Below are positions 18,137-26,549 of a stretch of 46,800 nucleotides of DNA, piece by piece; positions within the stretch are counted from its first letter, which is position 1, and every line of letters begins with the position of its first letter. This DNA comes from Bacteroidales bacterium (GTDB lineage: Bacteria > Bacteroidota > Bacteroidia > Bacteroidales > VadinHA17), in contig JAXDBV010000181.1 in the NCBI GenBank assembly GCA_034678415.1, positions 1 to 46,800 of the forward strand, given 5' to 3'. The notes beneath the pieces are model-generated. The model saw only the letters and a list, made by a program, of their open reading frames with translations, did no database searches and was not told where the DNA came from. The position numbers and the translations under genes were made by a program.

Positions 18137-19414
18137 TCAATGCATAGTAAATCTTGACCGGGTAGACCACAGGCCCAGCGCGGGATTGGATATATAAAAG
18201 ATTGTTTCCCCGTCGGCCAGGGTATTGAAGCCCTCGGTCAGGGTTGAAGGGCTATATTTTTCAAGCATACGATCCAGCGGTGCATAGCTGAAATTCACCC
18301 CTTCGATCTCCTCCTTGGTGAGGGTCCCCGGGCAGTAGGTGATTCGGAACCGGTTTTCCGGTGAACCGTGGATGAGATGAGCGGCGGCGGCAAGGTTGTT
18401 CCGCAAGTCTTCATTTTTTTTCACATAATCAAGTATTTCGGGGGTGGTACGGTATCCGTATTTCCTTATCAGTCGGTCAATTTCCAGGTCTTCTCCAAAG
18501 GTTTTCACCCCCGGGGCAAGCACAATAAGGTCACCCCTGTCAGCAATAGCCATCCTTGTGCGGTAGATGCTTTTATTTCCCAGCCATGTGCTTTTGAATT
18601 CGTCCCTGTCAAGGTATACCACCACTTTGTTCAGGGGTTCATCGAGCATCTCAAAGTTCTTCTCCAGGCTGAGATCGGCAGCCGTTGTGAAACATTCCAT
18701 ATCATCCCCGATGAACAGACCGTTCATTCCCAGTTTCATTTGTGTATCCCTTGAAACTACCGTATGGAGATAGATTACGGGGAGGTGAGATGCAAAGTGT
18801 TCGGAGGCGTAGTTCAATACTTTTCTCACCGGGTTAATCGCCCTTCCCATGATACGTTCCATGCCGTATACCGCTCCCAGGAAATGGCTTTTGTGGATCC
18901 CTTCAGTTCCTCCAGTCCCAACGAACAGGTTTTTGTTGTAGTTGGCCATGCCTATCACCTCGTGAGGCACTACCTGCCCCACAGAGAGAATGAGGTCGAA
19001 CCCTCCCTCCACGATCAGCCTGTTCACCTGTGCAGGCCAGGGATAATCGAGCTTTCCTTCTGAGACCTCCCTGATGAAATGTCCCGGTACCTCACCCAGT
19101 GTCAGAACATCCTTCCGCCAGTTATGGTGGCGGAAAAGGCTGGCCGGCACCCCCGGATACATTGACGCAATCTCTCCTGCGCTCATGGCAGCATGGGTGC
19201 CAATGGCCGGCAGGATATCCGTTACGGCTGAACCGTAGTATTCCAGGATATAGCCCGTAAGGATTCCGGCCATGGAATGAAAGCGGGTGAAATCGGGAGG
19301 GACAATAAGCACCTTCTTCCGTCTCCCGAGTGCATCCAACGCCCCAAACACAAGTGTTTTAATCTCTTCGCGAGAAAGAAAACAGTCCGATTCAGCAATC
19401 TTGTACCACAGCAT
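18137..19414 (-). CDS. LarA/DUF2088-family epimerase, probable D-mannonate/D-gluconate 2-epimerase (GntE-like)
   Basis: LarA N-terminal motifs 'PPDFTR', 'AIGTH', 'HNW' and 'VPHEVIG'. Lies between uxuB and gnd. Confidence 0.75.
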   Translation of the reverse strand: MLWYKIAESDCFLSREEIKTLVFGALDALGRRKKVLIVPPDFTRFHSMAGILTGYILEYYGSAVTDILPAIGTHAAMSAGEIASMYPGVPASLFRHHNWRKDVLTLGEVPGHFIREVSEGKLDYPWPAQVNRLIVEGGFDLILSVGQVVPHEVIGMANYNKNLFVGTGGTEGIHKSHFLGAVYGMERIMGRAINPVRKVLNYASEHFASHLPVIYLHTVVSRDTQMKLGMNGLFIGDDMECFTTAADLSLEKNFEMLDEPLNKVVVYLDRDEFKSTWLGNKSIYRTRMAIADRGDLIVLAPGVKTFGEDLEIDRLIRKYGYRTTPEILDYVKKNEDLRNNLAAAAHLIHGSPENRFRITYCPGTLTKEEIEGVNFSYAPLDRMLEKYSPSTLTEGFNTLADGETIFYISNPALGLWSTRSRFTMH

Positions 19415-19417
19415 CGT

Positions 19418-20308
19418 TTACTCTCCTCTTTTCCATGGGGGATTCTCGGGAAGGTATTTCATGAATTCCTTCATGAGGCTGTCCTGGTATGATCCTTTAT
19501 ATTTCATGGCAAGGAACATGTCCAGGCCTTCGGTATAGAATCTCTCCCACGAATGTTCCTCATGCCCCGGGTTTATCGGGAAGAAGAGGACACCGTTATC
19601 CCTGGCGGCATTCAGATCGCCCAGGGCGTCACCAATCATCAGGATCTTGTCTTTGTTGTACTTTCCTCCGGCGGCCAAATGCAGGTGTTCAGCCTTGGTC
19701 CCGTATTCCTGTCCGGCAATGAACTTCACATACTGATCAATGTCGTTCTCCTTCCATTCCCTTTCCAGAGCTTCCACCGGTGTTTGCGACACCACGATGG
19801 CATCACAATGACCGTTCATTTTTTCCAGCGATTCCCTCACGAAAGGGAAGGGAGGCATGCCGTATACCATCTCTTCAATGGCACGGTTTACTGCTTTTGA
19901 CCACTTCAGGCAGGTATGGATAAATGGATCGTCAACCGTTGCGGCATATTTTTCAAGGGCAGGGTTTCCCAGCTTTGTTTCTTTACCGGTCCATTCCTCC
20001 AAGGAGCGTGTGTCGTGCACACGGAAATGTCTTGCCCTTACCTCGGGCCGTTCGTTCATGAGTTTGAAGGCTTCGATTACGGCAAGGAACCTGTTAACCC
20101 CCCGGTGCACGGAATAGAGGTTCACAAACTCCCATACCTCACGCGCGTATTTCTGTATCTTCTGCAATTCGAAATGAAGGATGAGATTGGGGCAGAAGCA
20201 CTCCTTCTGCTTGATCTCCATCGTGTCGAAGGCACAGCCATCCGAGTCGATACCTATGAAGAATTCCCTTTCAGGTTTCAGGTTCCTTAAAATAGTCTGG
20301 GGATTCAT
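19418..20308 (-). CDS. HAD-superfamily hydrolase/phosphatase
   Basis: Motif I 'GIDSDGCAFD', motif II 'VVS', Lys in 'GTK', motif IV 'MIGDALGD'. Confidence 0.85.
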   Translation of the reverse strand: MNPQTILRNLKPEREFFIGIDSDGCAFDTMEIKQKECFCPNLILHFELQKIQKYAREVWEFVNLYSVHRGVNRFLAVIEAFKLMNERPEVRARHFRVHDTRSLEEWTGKETKLGNPALEKYAATVDDPFIHTCLKWSKAVNRAIEEMVYGMPPFPFVRESLEKMNGHCDAIVVSQTPVEALEREWKENDIDQYVKFIAGQEYGTKAEHLHLAAGGKYNKDKILMIGDALGDLNAARDNGVLFFPINPGHEEHSWERFYTEGLDMFLAMKYKGSYQDSLMKEFMKYLPENPPWKRGE

Positions 20309-20314
20309 AGATCA

Positions 20315-21610
20315 TTATTTTTTAAGGTATGCTTCAGGTTTGTAAGAAGGCAGTTTTTTTTCAGCAAAGACCGGTCTGAACCGGGTGAAACGCTGCAGTC
20401 CTCCCATCAGTGGCACGGAGGGCCAGTCGTTCCCGATCAGCGGTGCGGCATAGGTGATGAATGCATCGGTCACATCCGTTTTGTCGGGTGTGATCCATGC
20501 TGCGGGGAATGTACGTTCGGAGAGAGCCACTTTTTCGAGCGGTACCTTATCGTATCTCACCTGGTACATGGTTGATGGTTCCCTCAGCAGGGTGGCCATC
20601 CAGCCGTTGCCATGATGCACCGCGATATCTGCTGCCTTCTGTCCCAGCTTGTAAGCCTCATCGAGGTCGATGGTGGATGCATAAATGGCTGATGAGCGCT
20701 GATCGGTACCCATTACCTGGCCTCTGGCAGCTCCCCGGGCTTTGATTCCGGCCCTGTTCAGGTAGTTCACCACCATCTGGAACACCGACATCGCGCTTGA
20801 TCCATAGGAGGTATGACCAAAGGCATCCTTCACCTCTCCGAGGTCTCCAACATGGAATCCTTCCGAGACCACGACGATGCAACGTTTGTTTTTCTTCAGG
20901 CAGTCGTTGATCCTGTCAGCCATTTCTTCCATACTGATGTTTGTCTCGGCCAAGTAAATCTGCAGGGGCATCTCCCTGGCGGGATCGGCCAGGCGTGCCG
21001 CCGCAGGTATATAACCTATCTTCCTCCCCATGGCCTGGAGCACCAGCACAGGGTCGGCCGGCCATGAACCCATGTTCTCCTCGTTAGCATTCTGTACCAG
21101 GTGAGCCCAGTAACGGGCAACTGAACCATAGCCTGGAGTGTGGTCAATAAGCTTGAACTCATTGTCTCCGAGATCATTGTCAATGGTTTTGGGCACGCCG
21201 GTGGCGACCAGCTGGAGCCCTTTCTCCCGCGCCAGCTCACTTACCTTGAAGGCCGTATGCTGCGAGTCGTTGCCTCCGATGTAGAAGAAATATCCGATAT
21301 TATGGGCGGTGAACACCTGCATGATTCTTTCAAAATCACGGTGCTGGTTATCTTTCAGCTTGTAACGGCAGGTGCCGATGCTTCCCGCTGCGGGTGTGCT
21401 GCGGAGCAGGGCGATCTCTTCCCTGTCCTGGGCCGACAAATCGAGCAGTTCCTCCCTGAGTACACCTTCAATACCGTGCCAGCCGGCATAAATGGTGCCG
21501 AACAGGTCGGGATATTCGCGACATGCATCGATGATCCCGCGTAACGAATTGTTGATGACAGGCGACGGCCCGCCCGACTGTGCAACAACGATGTTTTTCT
21601 TTTTCTCCAT
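20315..21610 (-). CDS. Phosphofructokinase-A family protein, PPi-type signature, divergent sugar-binding motif
   Basis: Motifs 'QSGGPSPVIN', 'GTCR', 'GGNDS', 'PKTIDND', 'QAMGRKIG' and 'VVSEG'. Confidence 0.85.
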   Translation of the reverse strand: MEKKKNIVVAQSGGPSPVINNSLRGIIDACREYPDLFGTIYAGWHGIEGVLREELLDLSAQDREEIALLRSTPAAGSIGTCRYKLKDNQHRDFERIMQVFTAHNIGYFFYIGGNDSQHTAFKVSELAREKGLQLVATGVPKTIDNDLGDNEFKLIDHTPGYGSVARYWAHLVQNANEENMGSWPADPVLVLQAMGRKIGYIPAAARLADPAREMPLQIYLAETNISMEEMADRINDCLKKNKRCIVVVSEGFHVGDLGEVKDAFGHTSYGSSAMSVFQMVVNYLNRAGIKARGAARGQVMGTDQRSSAIYASTIDLDEAYKLGQKAADIAVHHGNGWMATLLREPSTMYQVRYDKVPLEKVALSERTFPAAWITPDKTDVTDAFITYAAPLIGNDWPSVPLMGGLQRFTRFRPVFAEKKLPSYKPEAYLKK

Positions 21611-21645
21611 GGTTATTCAAACATGCGGTTAGGTGATACGTGTTG

Positions 21646-22500
21646 CTAAACTCCTCCGTAAGCGCTATAGCCTCCGTCGACAGGAATTACCACACCCGTG
21701 ATGAATTTCGACAGGTCGGAAAGCAGGAACAGGGTTACACCCGTAAGCTCTTCCACCTGACCGTATCGCCCCATGGGTGTATTGGCAATGATCTTCTCCC
21801 CCCGTTTCGTGGGTTTCCCCGATTTCTCATCGATCAGCAGGAAACGGTTCTGGTTGGTGAGGAAGAACCCGGGGGCGATGGCATTGACACGAATGCCTGT
21901 TTTTGCCAGGTGTACCGCCAGCCATTGTGTGAAATTGTTAACAGATGCCTTGGCAGCGGAATAGGCCGGGATCTTGGTCAGCGGCCTGAACGAGTTCATG
22001 GATGATATGTTCAGGATTACTCCTTCGCCCCTGCGAACCATTTCGCTTCCGAACACCAGGGTGGGTAATAAGGTACCCTTGAAATTCAGGGCAAAGATCC
22101 AGTCAAATCCCTCGGGATCAAGCCCGAAGACGGTGTCCCTGATATTCCCGGCATCATCGGGAGTGATCTGTTCAAGGGCGGTAGTTGCCTTTGGAGAGTT
22201 GCCACCGGCACCATTGATGAGAAAATCCACCTTACCGAAACGACTGGTTATTTTACTGCAGGCCTCATCCAGGCTCGCTCTGTTGAGCACATCGGCTGCG
22301 ATACCGGCGGAGGGGCAACCGGATTCCTCCGTTATCTTCCCTGCCACCTCATTTGCCGCCGCCTCATTGATATCGACGATCGCCGTCCTGATGCCTGACA
22401 TTGACAGACCTCTGGCAATAGCCGAGCAAATGATCCCTGCTCCACCAGTGATTACAGCAACCTTTCCTTCAAGGTGCCGGTACATTTCCGTGTGTTTCAT
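21646..22500 (-). CDS. uxuB: SDR-family D-mannonate oxidoreductase (fructuronate reductase)
   Basis: Motifs 'TGGAGIIC', 'NGAGGN.PKAT', 'PLTKIPAYSAAKA', 'FTQWLAVH' and 'PGFFLTNQN'. Confidence 0.85.
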   Translation of the reverse strand: MKHTEMYRHLEGKVAVITGGAGIICSAIARGLSMSGIRTAIVDINEAAANEVAGKITEESGCPSAGIAADVLNRASLDEACSKITSRFGKVDFLINGAGGNSPKATTALEQITPDDAGNIRDTVFGLDPEGFDWIFALNFKGTLLPTLVFGSEMVRRGEGVILNISSMNSFRPLTKIPAYSAAKASVNNFTQWLAVHLAKTGIRVNAIAPGFFLTNQNRFLLIDEKSGKPTKRGEKIIANTPMGRYGQVEELTGVTLFLLSDLSKFITGVVIPVDGGYSAYGGV

Positions 22501-22545
22501 AATTATAAGGTATTGACCGAATCGTGATAACCATCATTTCCTCTA

Positions 22546-22553
22546 CAAAATTA
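22546..22553 (-). promoter_or_regulatory. Putative -7 promoter box for the uxuB-gnd operon
   Basis: TAATTTTG on the minus strand. The expected -33 position, 19 bp upstream, falls inside operator 2. Confidence 0.55.
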
Positions 22554-22571
22554 GGTATTATTCAAGAAAAA

Positions 22572-22583
22572 GCAATCGATTGC
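22572..22583. promoter_or_regulatory. Putative LacI operator 2 (GCAATCGATTGC)
   Basis: Perfect 12-bp palindrome upstream of uxuB. Confidence 0.8.
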
Positions 22584-22801
22584 ACTGATTTTTATTCTAT
22601 TCATGAAATATGAATATAATGCAAGAAGAATTTAATATTGATAACATTAGATTGTAATATAGTTAAATATTTATTAATAAAAGTAAAAGCATCGTTAATA
22701 TTATTTAGCCTACGTTTAGTTTATGACATAGAATGACACAAAACGTTAAGAAATGGATTTGATTATTCAATATAAGAGAAGGTGAGATGGAAATAAAACC
22801 A

Positions 22802-22809
22802 TAATTTTG
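22802..22809 (+). promoter_or_regulatory. Putative -7 promoter box for uxaE-uxaC
   Basis: TAATTTTG on the plus strand, 11 bp before operator 3. Confidence 0.5.
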
Positions 22810-22820
22810 ATTACTTTAGT

Positions 22821-22830
22821 CAATCGATTG
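22821..22830. promoter_or_regulatory. Putative LacI operator 3 (CAATCGATTG)
   Basis: Same palindromic core, upstream of uxaE. Confidence 0.78.
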
Positions 22831-22921
22831 CATTACTGATGATCGGGAGGCGGGAGCTCTACGGAGCGGGATACGGGGAAGCTTGAATATCAGTAAGTAA
22901 CATTAAAAACTTTACCATTGT

Positions 22922-24169
22922 ATGAGATTAGGAAAATACTCCTTTGGAACTGGTGACCGTTTCGGCCACCAGGGGGAAGCCCAGCTGAGAGCTATAATGA
23001 AAGCCAATGAGATGGGAATACATCTCATTCCTGTCTGGAACAAATCCTTCAGAGAGCATACCATCGTGCATTCGCAGCCGTCGGATGTAAGAAAGGAAGC
23101 CGATGAGGCGGTGAAGAATGCCGGATGGAAAGATGAATACTATGTGGATGCTGACCATATTAATATAAAGAATGTGGATCTGTTCCTTGATTGCAGCAAT
23201 TTTTTCACCATTGATGTAGCCGATTATATTGGCAGGCCGGCAGGGAAGGAAGAGACGGCGGCCTTTATTAAGAGGAACAGCAAGTATCTTGGCAAGCTGC
23301 AGATACCGGGGATCGATGAAGCCATTGAGCTTACCGGGGATCAGCTTGCGGCCATTGCCTCGCGGTACCTGTATGCCGTCACGGAGGCATCGCGCATCTA
23401 TCATCATATCGCAGCAAAGAAAGGAAGGGATAATTTTGTGGCTGAGATTTCGATGGATGAGGTGAGTGAGCCCCAGACACCCCTTGATCTATTCTTTATC
23501 CTTGGCGCACTTGCTGCCCTGCAGGTGGAAGCGCAGACTATTGCCCCGAGATTTACCGGAAGGTTCAATAAAGGAGTAGATTACGAAGGTGATGTGCAAC
23601 GGTTCGCAAAGGAGTTTGAAGACGACCTGCTCGTGATCGATCATGCCATCCGCGAGTTTGGACTGCCAGCCAACCTGAAACTCAGTATCCATTCCGGCAG
23701 CGATAAGTTTGCCATCTATCCTGCTATTGGACGGCTGATACGGAAATACGACAAGGGGATCCATGTGAAGACGGCTGGTACCACATGGCTCGAAGAGATA
23801 ATCGGGCTGGCTCTGTCGGGAAAGGAAGGATTGCATCTGGCCTGCGATATTTATGAAAAAGCGCTGGGCAGGTATGATGAGATGACCGGCCCGTATGTCA
23901 ATGTCCTTAACATTGACCGGCTACAATTACCCGATCCCCGGGAGATCAGGGCATGGAACAGTGAGAAATTTGCATCCGCCCTCAGGCATGAGGCCACCAG
24001 CAGTGAATACAATCCTCATTTCCGGCAGTTTATGCATGTGAGCTATAAGATTGCCGCGGAAGCAGGCAGCTATTTCACCGGTATGCTGAAAAAGCATGCG
24101 GCTGTTATTGCCGAACAGGTGACCCTGAACCTGTTTGACCGGCATATAAAACGTATTTTTAATTGTTAA
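22922..24169 (+). CDS. uxaE: Tagaturonate/fructuronate epimerase
   Basis: Motifs 'SFGTGDRFG', 'DADH', 'EISMDE', 'F.KGVDY.GD', 'KLSIHSGSDKF' and 'HVKTAGTTWLE'. Confidence 0.88.
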   Translation: MRLGKYSFGTGDRFGHQGEAQLRAIMKANEMGIHLIPVWNKSFREHTIVHSQPSDVRKEADEAVKNAGWKDEYYVDADHINIKNVDLFLDCSNFFTIDVADYIGRPAGKEETAAFIKRNSKYLGKLQIPGIDEAIELTGDQLAAIASRYLYAVTEASRIYHHIAAKKGRDNFVAEISMDEVSEPQTPLDLFFILGALAALQVEAQTIAPRFTGRFNKGVDYEGDVQRFAKEFEDDLLVIDHAIREFGLPANLKLSIHSGSDKFAIYPAIGRLIRKYDKGIHVKTAGTTWLEEIIGLALSGKEGLHLACDIYEKALGRYDEMTGPYVNVLNIDRLQLPDPREIRAWNSEKFASALRHEATSSEYNPHFRQFMHVSYKIAAEAGSYFTGMLKKHAAVIAEQVTLNLFDRHIKRIFNC

Positions 24170-24189
24170 AATAACAAGCTGTGACTATC

Positions 24190-25590
24190 ATGAAACCATT
24201 CATTGACGAGAATTTCCTCCTGTTCACGAAGACGGCACGGAAGCTTTTCCATGAACATGCCAGCCTGTTGCCTGTTATTGATTACCATTGTCATCTGAGC
24301 CCGAAGGAGCTGGCTGAAGACAAACGGTTCGGGAACCTCACCCAGGCCTGGTTGTACGGTGATCATTACAAATGGAGAGCCATGCGGACCAACGGGGTGG
24401 ATGAGAAATACTGCACCGGTGATGCCAGCGATGAGGATAAATTCATGAAGTGGGCCGAGACAGTGCCTCATACTCTTCGCAATCCCCTGTACCACTGGAC
24501 CCACCTTGAACTGAAGAGGTATTTCGGGTTGGATGCACTCCTGGGACCTGACACGGCTAAGGCTATTTACAACGAGGCATCGGCAAAACTTGTAACGGCT
24601 GATTATTCCGTGCGCAACCTGTTGAGAAAGATGAAGGTCGAAGTGGTGTGTACCACGGATGACCCGGTCGATACACTGGAATATCACCAGAAGCTGAAAT
24701 CCGACGGCTTCGAGATAAAGGTGCTGCCCGCCTGGCGTCCGGATAAAGCCATGATGGTTGAGAATACAGAGAATTTCAACCGGTATATCCAACAGCTGGA
24801 GCAGGCAGCAATAATGGATATCGTGTCGTTTGATGATTTAATAGCTGCCCTCAGGAAACGGCATGACTACTTTGCCGAAAACGGATGCAGACTATCCGAC
24901 CACGGACTTGAAACCGTGTATGCCAGTGATTATACGGCCACTGAAATCAATCATATTTTTAAGAAGCTCAGGGAGAGAAAATCCCTGGAACATGAAGAGA
25001 TCATCCGATTCAAGTCGGCCATGCTGTATGAGTTTGGTGTTATGGACCATGAGAAGAACTGGGTGCAGCAATTTCACCTGGGAGCCCTGCGCAACAACAA
25101 CACTCGTATGTTCAGGCAGCTGGGACCGGATACCGGGTTTGATTCAATCATCGACACGGAGATGGCCAGGCCTCTTTCCCGTTTCCTCGATCGTCTTGAC
25201 CGGGATAACCGCCTGGCAAAAACGATCCTCTACAACCTGAATCCCCGGGACAATGAACTGATCGTTACCATGGCAGGCAACTTCCAGGACGGATCGGTGC
25301 CCGGCAAGATACAGTTTGGCTCAGCCTGGTGGTTCCTCGACCAGATGGACGGGATGGAGAAACAGCTGAATGCCCTTTCAAACCTGGGATTGCTCAGCCG
25401 TTTCATTGGTATGCTCACCGATTCAAGAAGCTTCCTGTCTTACCCGCGACATGAATATTTCAGGCGTATCCTGTGCAACCTGGTGGGCAATGATGTGGAA
25501 AAAGGACTGATACCTGACGATATGGAACTGCTGGGTCCATTCATCGAAGGGATCTGCTATTATAATGCCAGACAGTATTTTGGTTTTTAA
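24190..25590 (+). CDS. uxaC: Uronate (glucuronate/galacturonate) isomerase
   Basis: Motifs 'IDYHCHL', 'GDHYKWRAMR', 'NPLYHWTHLEL', 'GSAWWF.DQ' and 'TDSRSFLSYPRHEYFRR'. Start set at ATG 24190. Confidence 0.96.
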   Translation: MKPFIDENFLLFTKTARKLFHEHASLLPVIDYHCHLSPKELAEDKRFGNLTQAWLYGDHYKWRAMRTNGVDEKYCTGDASDEDKFMKWAETVPHTLRNPLYHWTHLELKRYFGLDALLGPDTAKAIYNEASAKLVTADYSVRNLLRKMKVEVVCTTDDPVDTLEYHQKLKSDGFEIKVLPAWRPDKAMMVENTENFNRYIQQLEQAAIMDIVSFDDLIAALRKRHDYFAENGCRLSDHGLETVYASDYTATEINHIFKKLRERKSLEHEEIIRFKSAMLYEFGVMDHEKNWVQQFHLGALRNNNTRMFRQLGPDTGFDSIIDTEMARPLSRFLDRLDRDNRLAKTILYNLNPRDNELIVTMAGNFQDGSVPGKIQFGSAWWFLDQMDGMEKQLNALSNLGLLSRFIGMLTDSRSFLSYPRHEYFRRILCNLVGNDVEKGLIPDDMELLGPFIEGICYYNARQYFGF

Positions 25591-25863
25591 TATACAGTAA
25601 CCTGCCTCTTTTCACTCCTGCGCTTTATTTCCCGGCAGGATGAGCACCATCCTGGTGATGATGGACAGGTTAATGTAGAGAAGACCGCCGACCCGGAGCA
25701 GCTTTTTACAAGGTCGTTTCATAGCGGTTTCTTAACGATTACCCTCCCTGGTGCCTTGGAAACACGATTCCCTGCGGTTGAGAAACCATCTGTCTTTTGA
25801 CTGAGCCCGGACAGTGAAATAATGCTAATGCACCTGTGCGATTCACTCCTGGACTGCCAAAGT

Positions 25864-26283
25864 CTATTTCTGGATTAAATATTTATAGAACCTTGAGAAT
25901 TCATGTCTGATCTCATCCCTTACCCGCCGGAAGACAGCCAGTTGTTCTTCTTCTGTTCCCTTTGCTTCTGCGGGATCATCAAAATCGATGTGTAGTCTTG
26001 ATTTTACTTTACCCCAGAACACGGGGCAGTTTTCCTTAGCAGCATCGCATACCGTCACAAGGTAATCGAACTCTTCATTGACGAACAAGTCGGCATTCTT
26101 TGGTCTGTAATCTGAAATGTCTATGCGGGTCTCCTTCATCACCTTCACTGCTTTGGGATGTACAGCATCAGTGGGGAAAGTACCGGCTGAATATACATCC
26201 AGGGTTGGGTCGAAGGATTTGAGGAATGCCTCCGCCATTTGACTCCGGCATGAATTACTGGTACAGAGAATGAGTATTTTCAT
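25864..26283 (-). CDS. arsC: Arsenate reductase, LMW-PTP/thioredoxin type
   Basis: P-loop 'CTSNSCRSQMAE', 'TVCD.A.ENCP' and 'DDPA...FRRVRDEI'. Confidence 0.9.
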   Translation of the reverse strand: MKILILCTSNSCRSQMAEAFLKSFDPTLDVYSAGTFPTDAVHPKAVKVMKETRIDISDYRPKNADLFVNEEFDYLVTVCDAAKENCPVFWGKVKSRLHIDFDDPAEAKGTEEEQLAVFRRVRDEIRHEFSRFYKYLIQK

Positions 26284-26549
26284 GGTACAGGGAAAGTTAT
26301 TAAAAGGGTGAACAGGGAGAAATTATGAACCCGGTAAGATATCTCATCACCGACTTCATAAACACATCGGTTCCGGCAGGATCAAGCGGTTGTGTATTTC
26401 CCAATGCCATTACTACCTCTTATGCAGCCAAATGTACTTAAAAATTTAGTATCCTGACAAATAAGTACAACATCATTGTTATGCATAATAATAAAATACC
26501 TCAGGTCAATATGTGATGTGAGGTTGTCCGGATTCCGACAGAGCCGGCG

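Noticed and set aside
25612-25722. 36-codon minus-strand ORF (MKRPCKKLLRVGGLLYI...) faintly like a methyltransferase 'LKPGG' motif (ArsM relic?)
   Set aside because: Too short and too divergent to support without a translated search.
26295-26412. Short minus-strand ORF upstream of arsC ('...RYLTGFIISPC...') as an acr3 or permease relic
   Set aside because: The resemblance is limited to a few residues and cannot be supported by eye.
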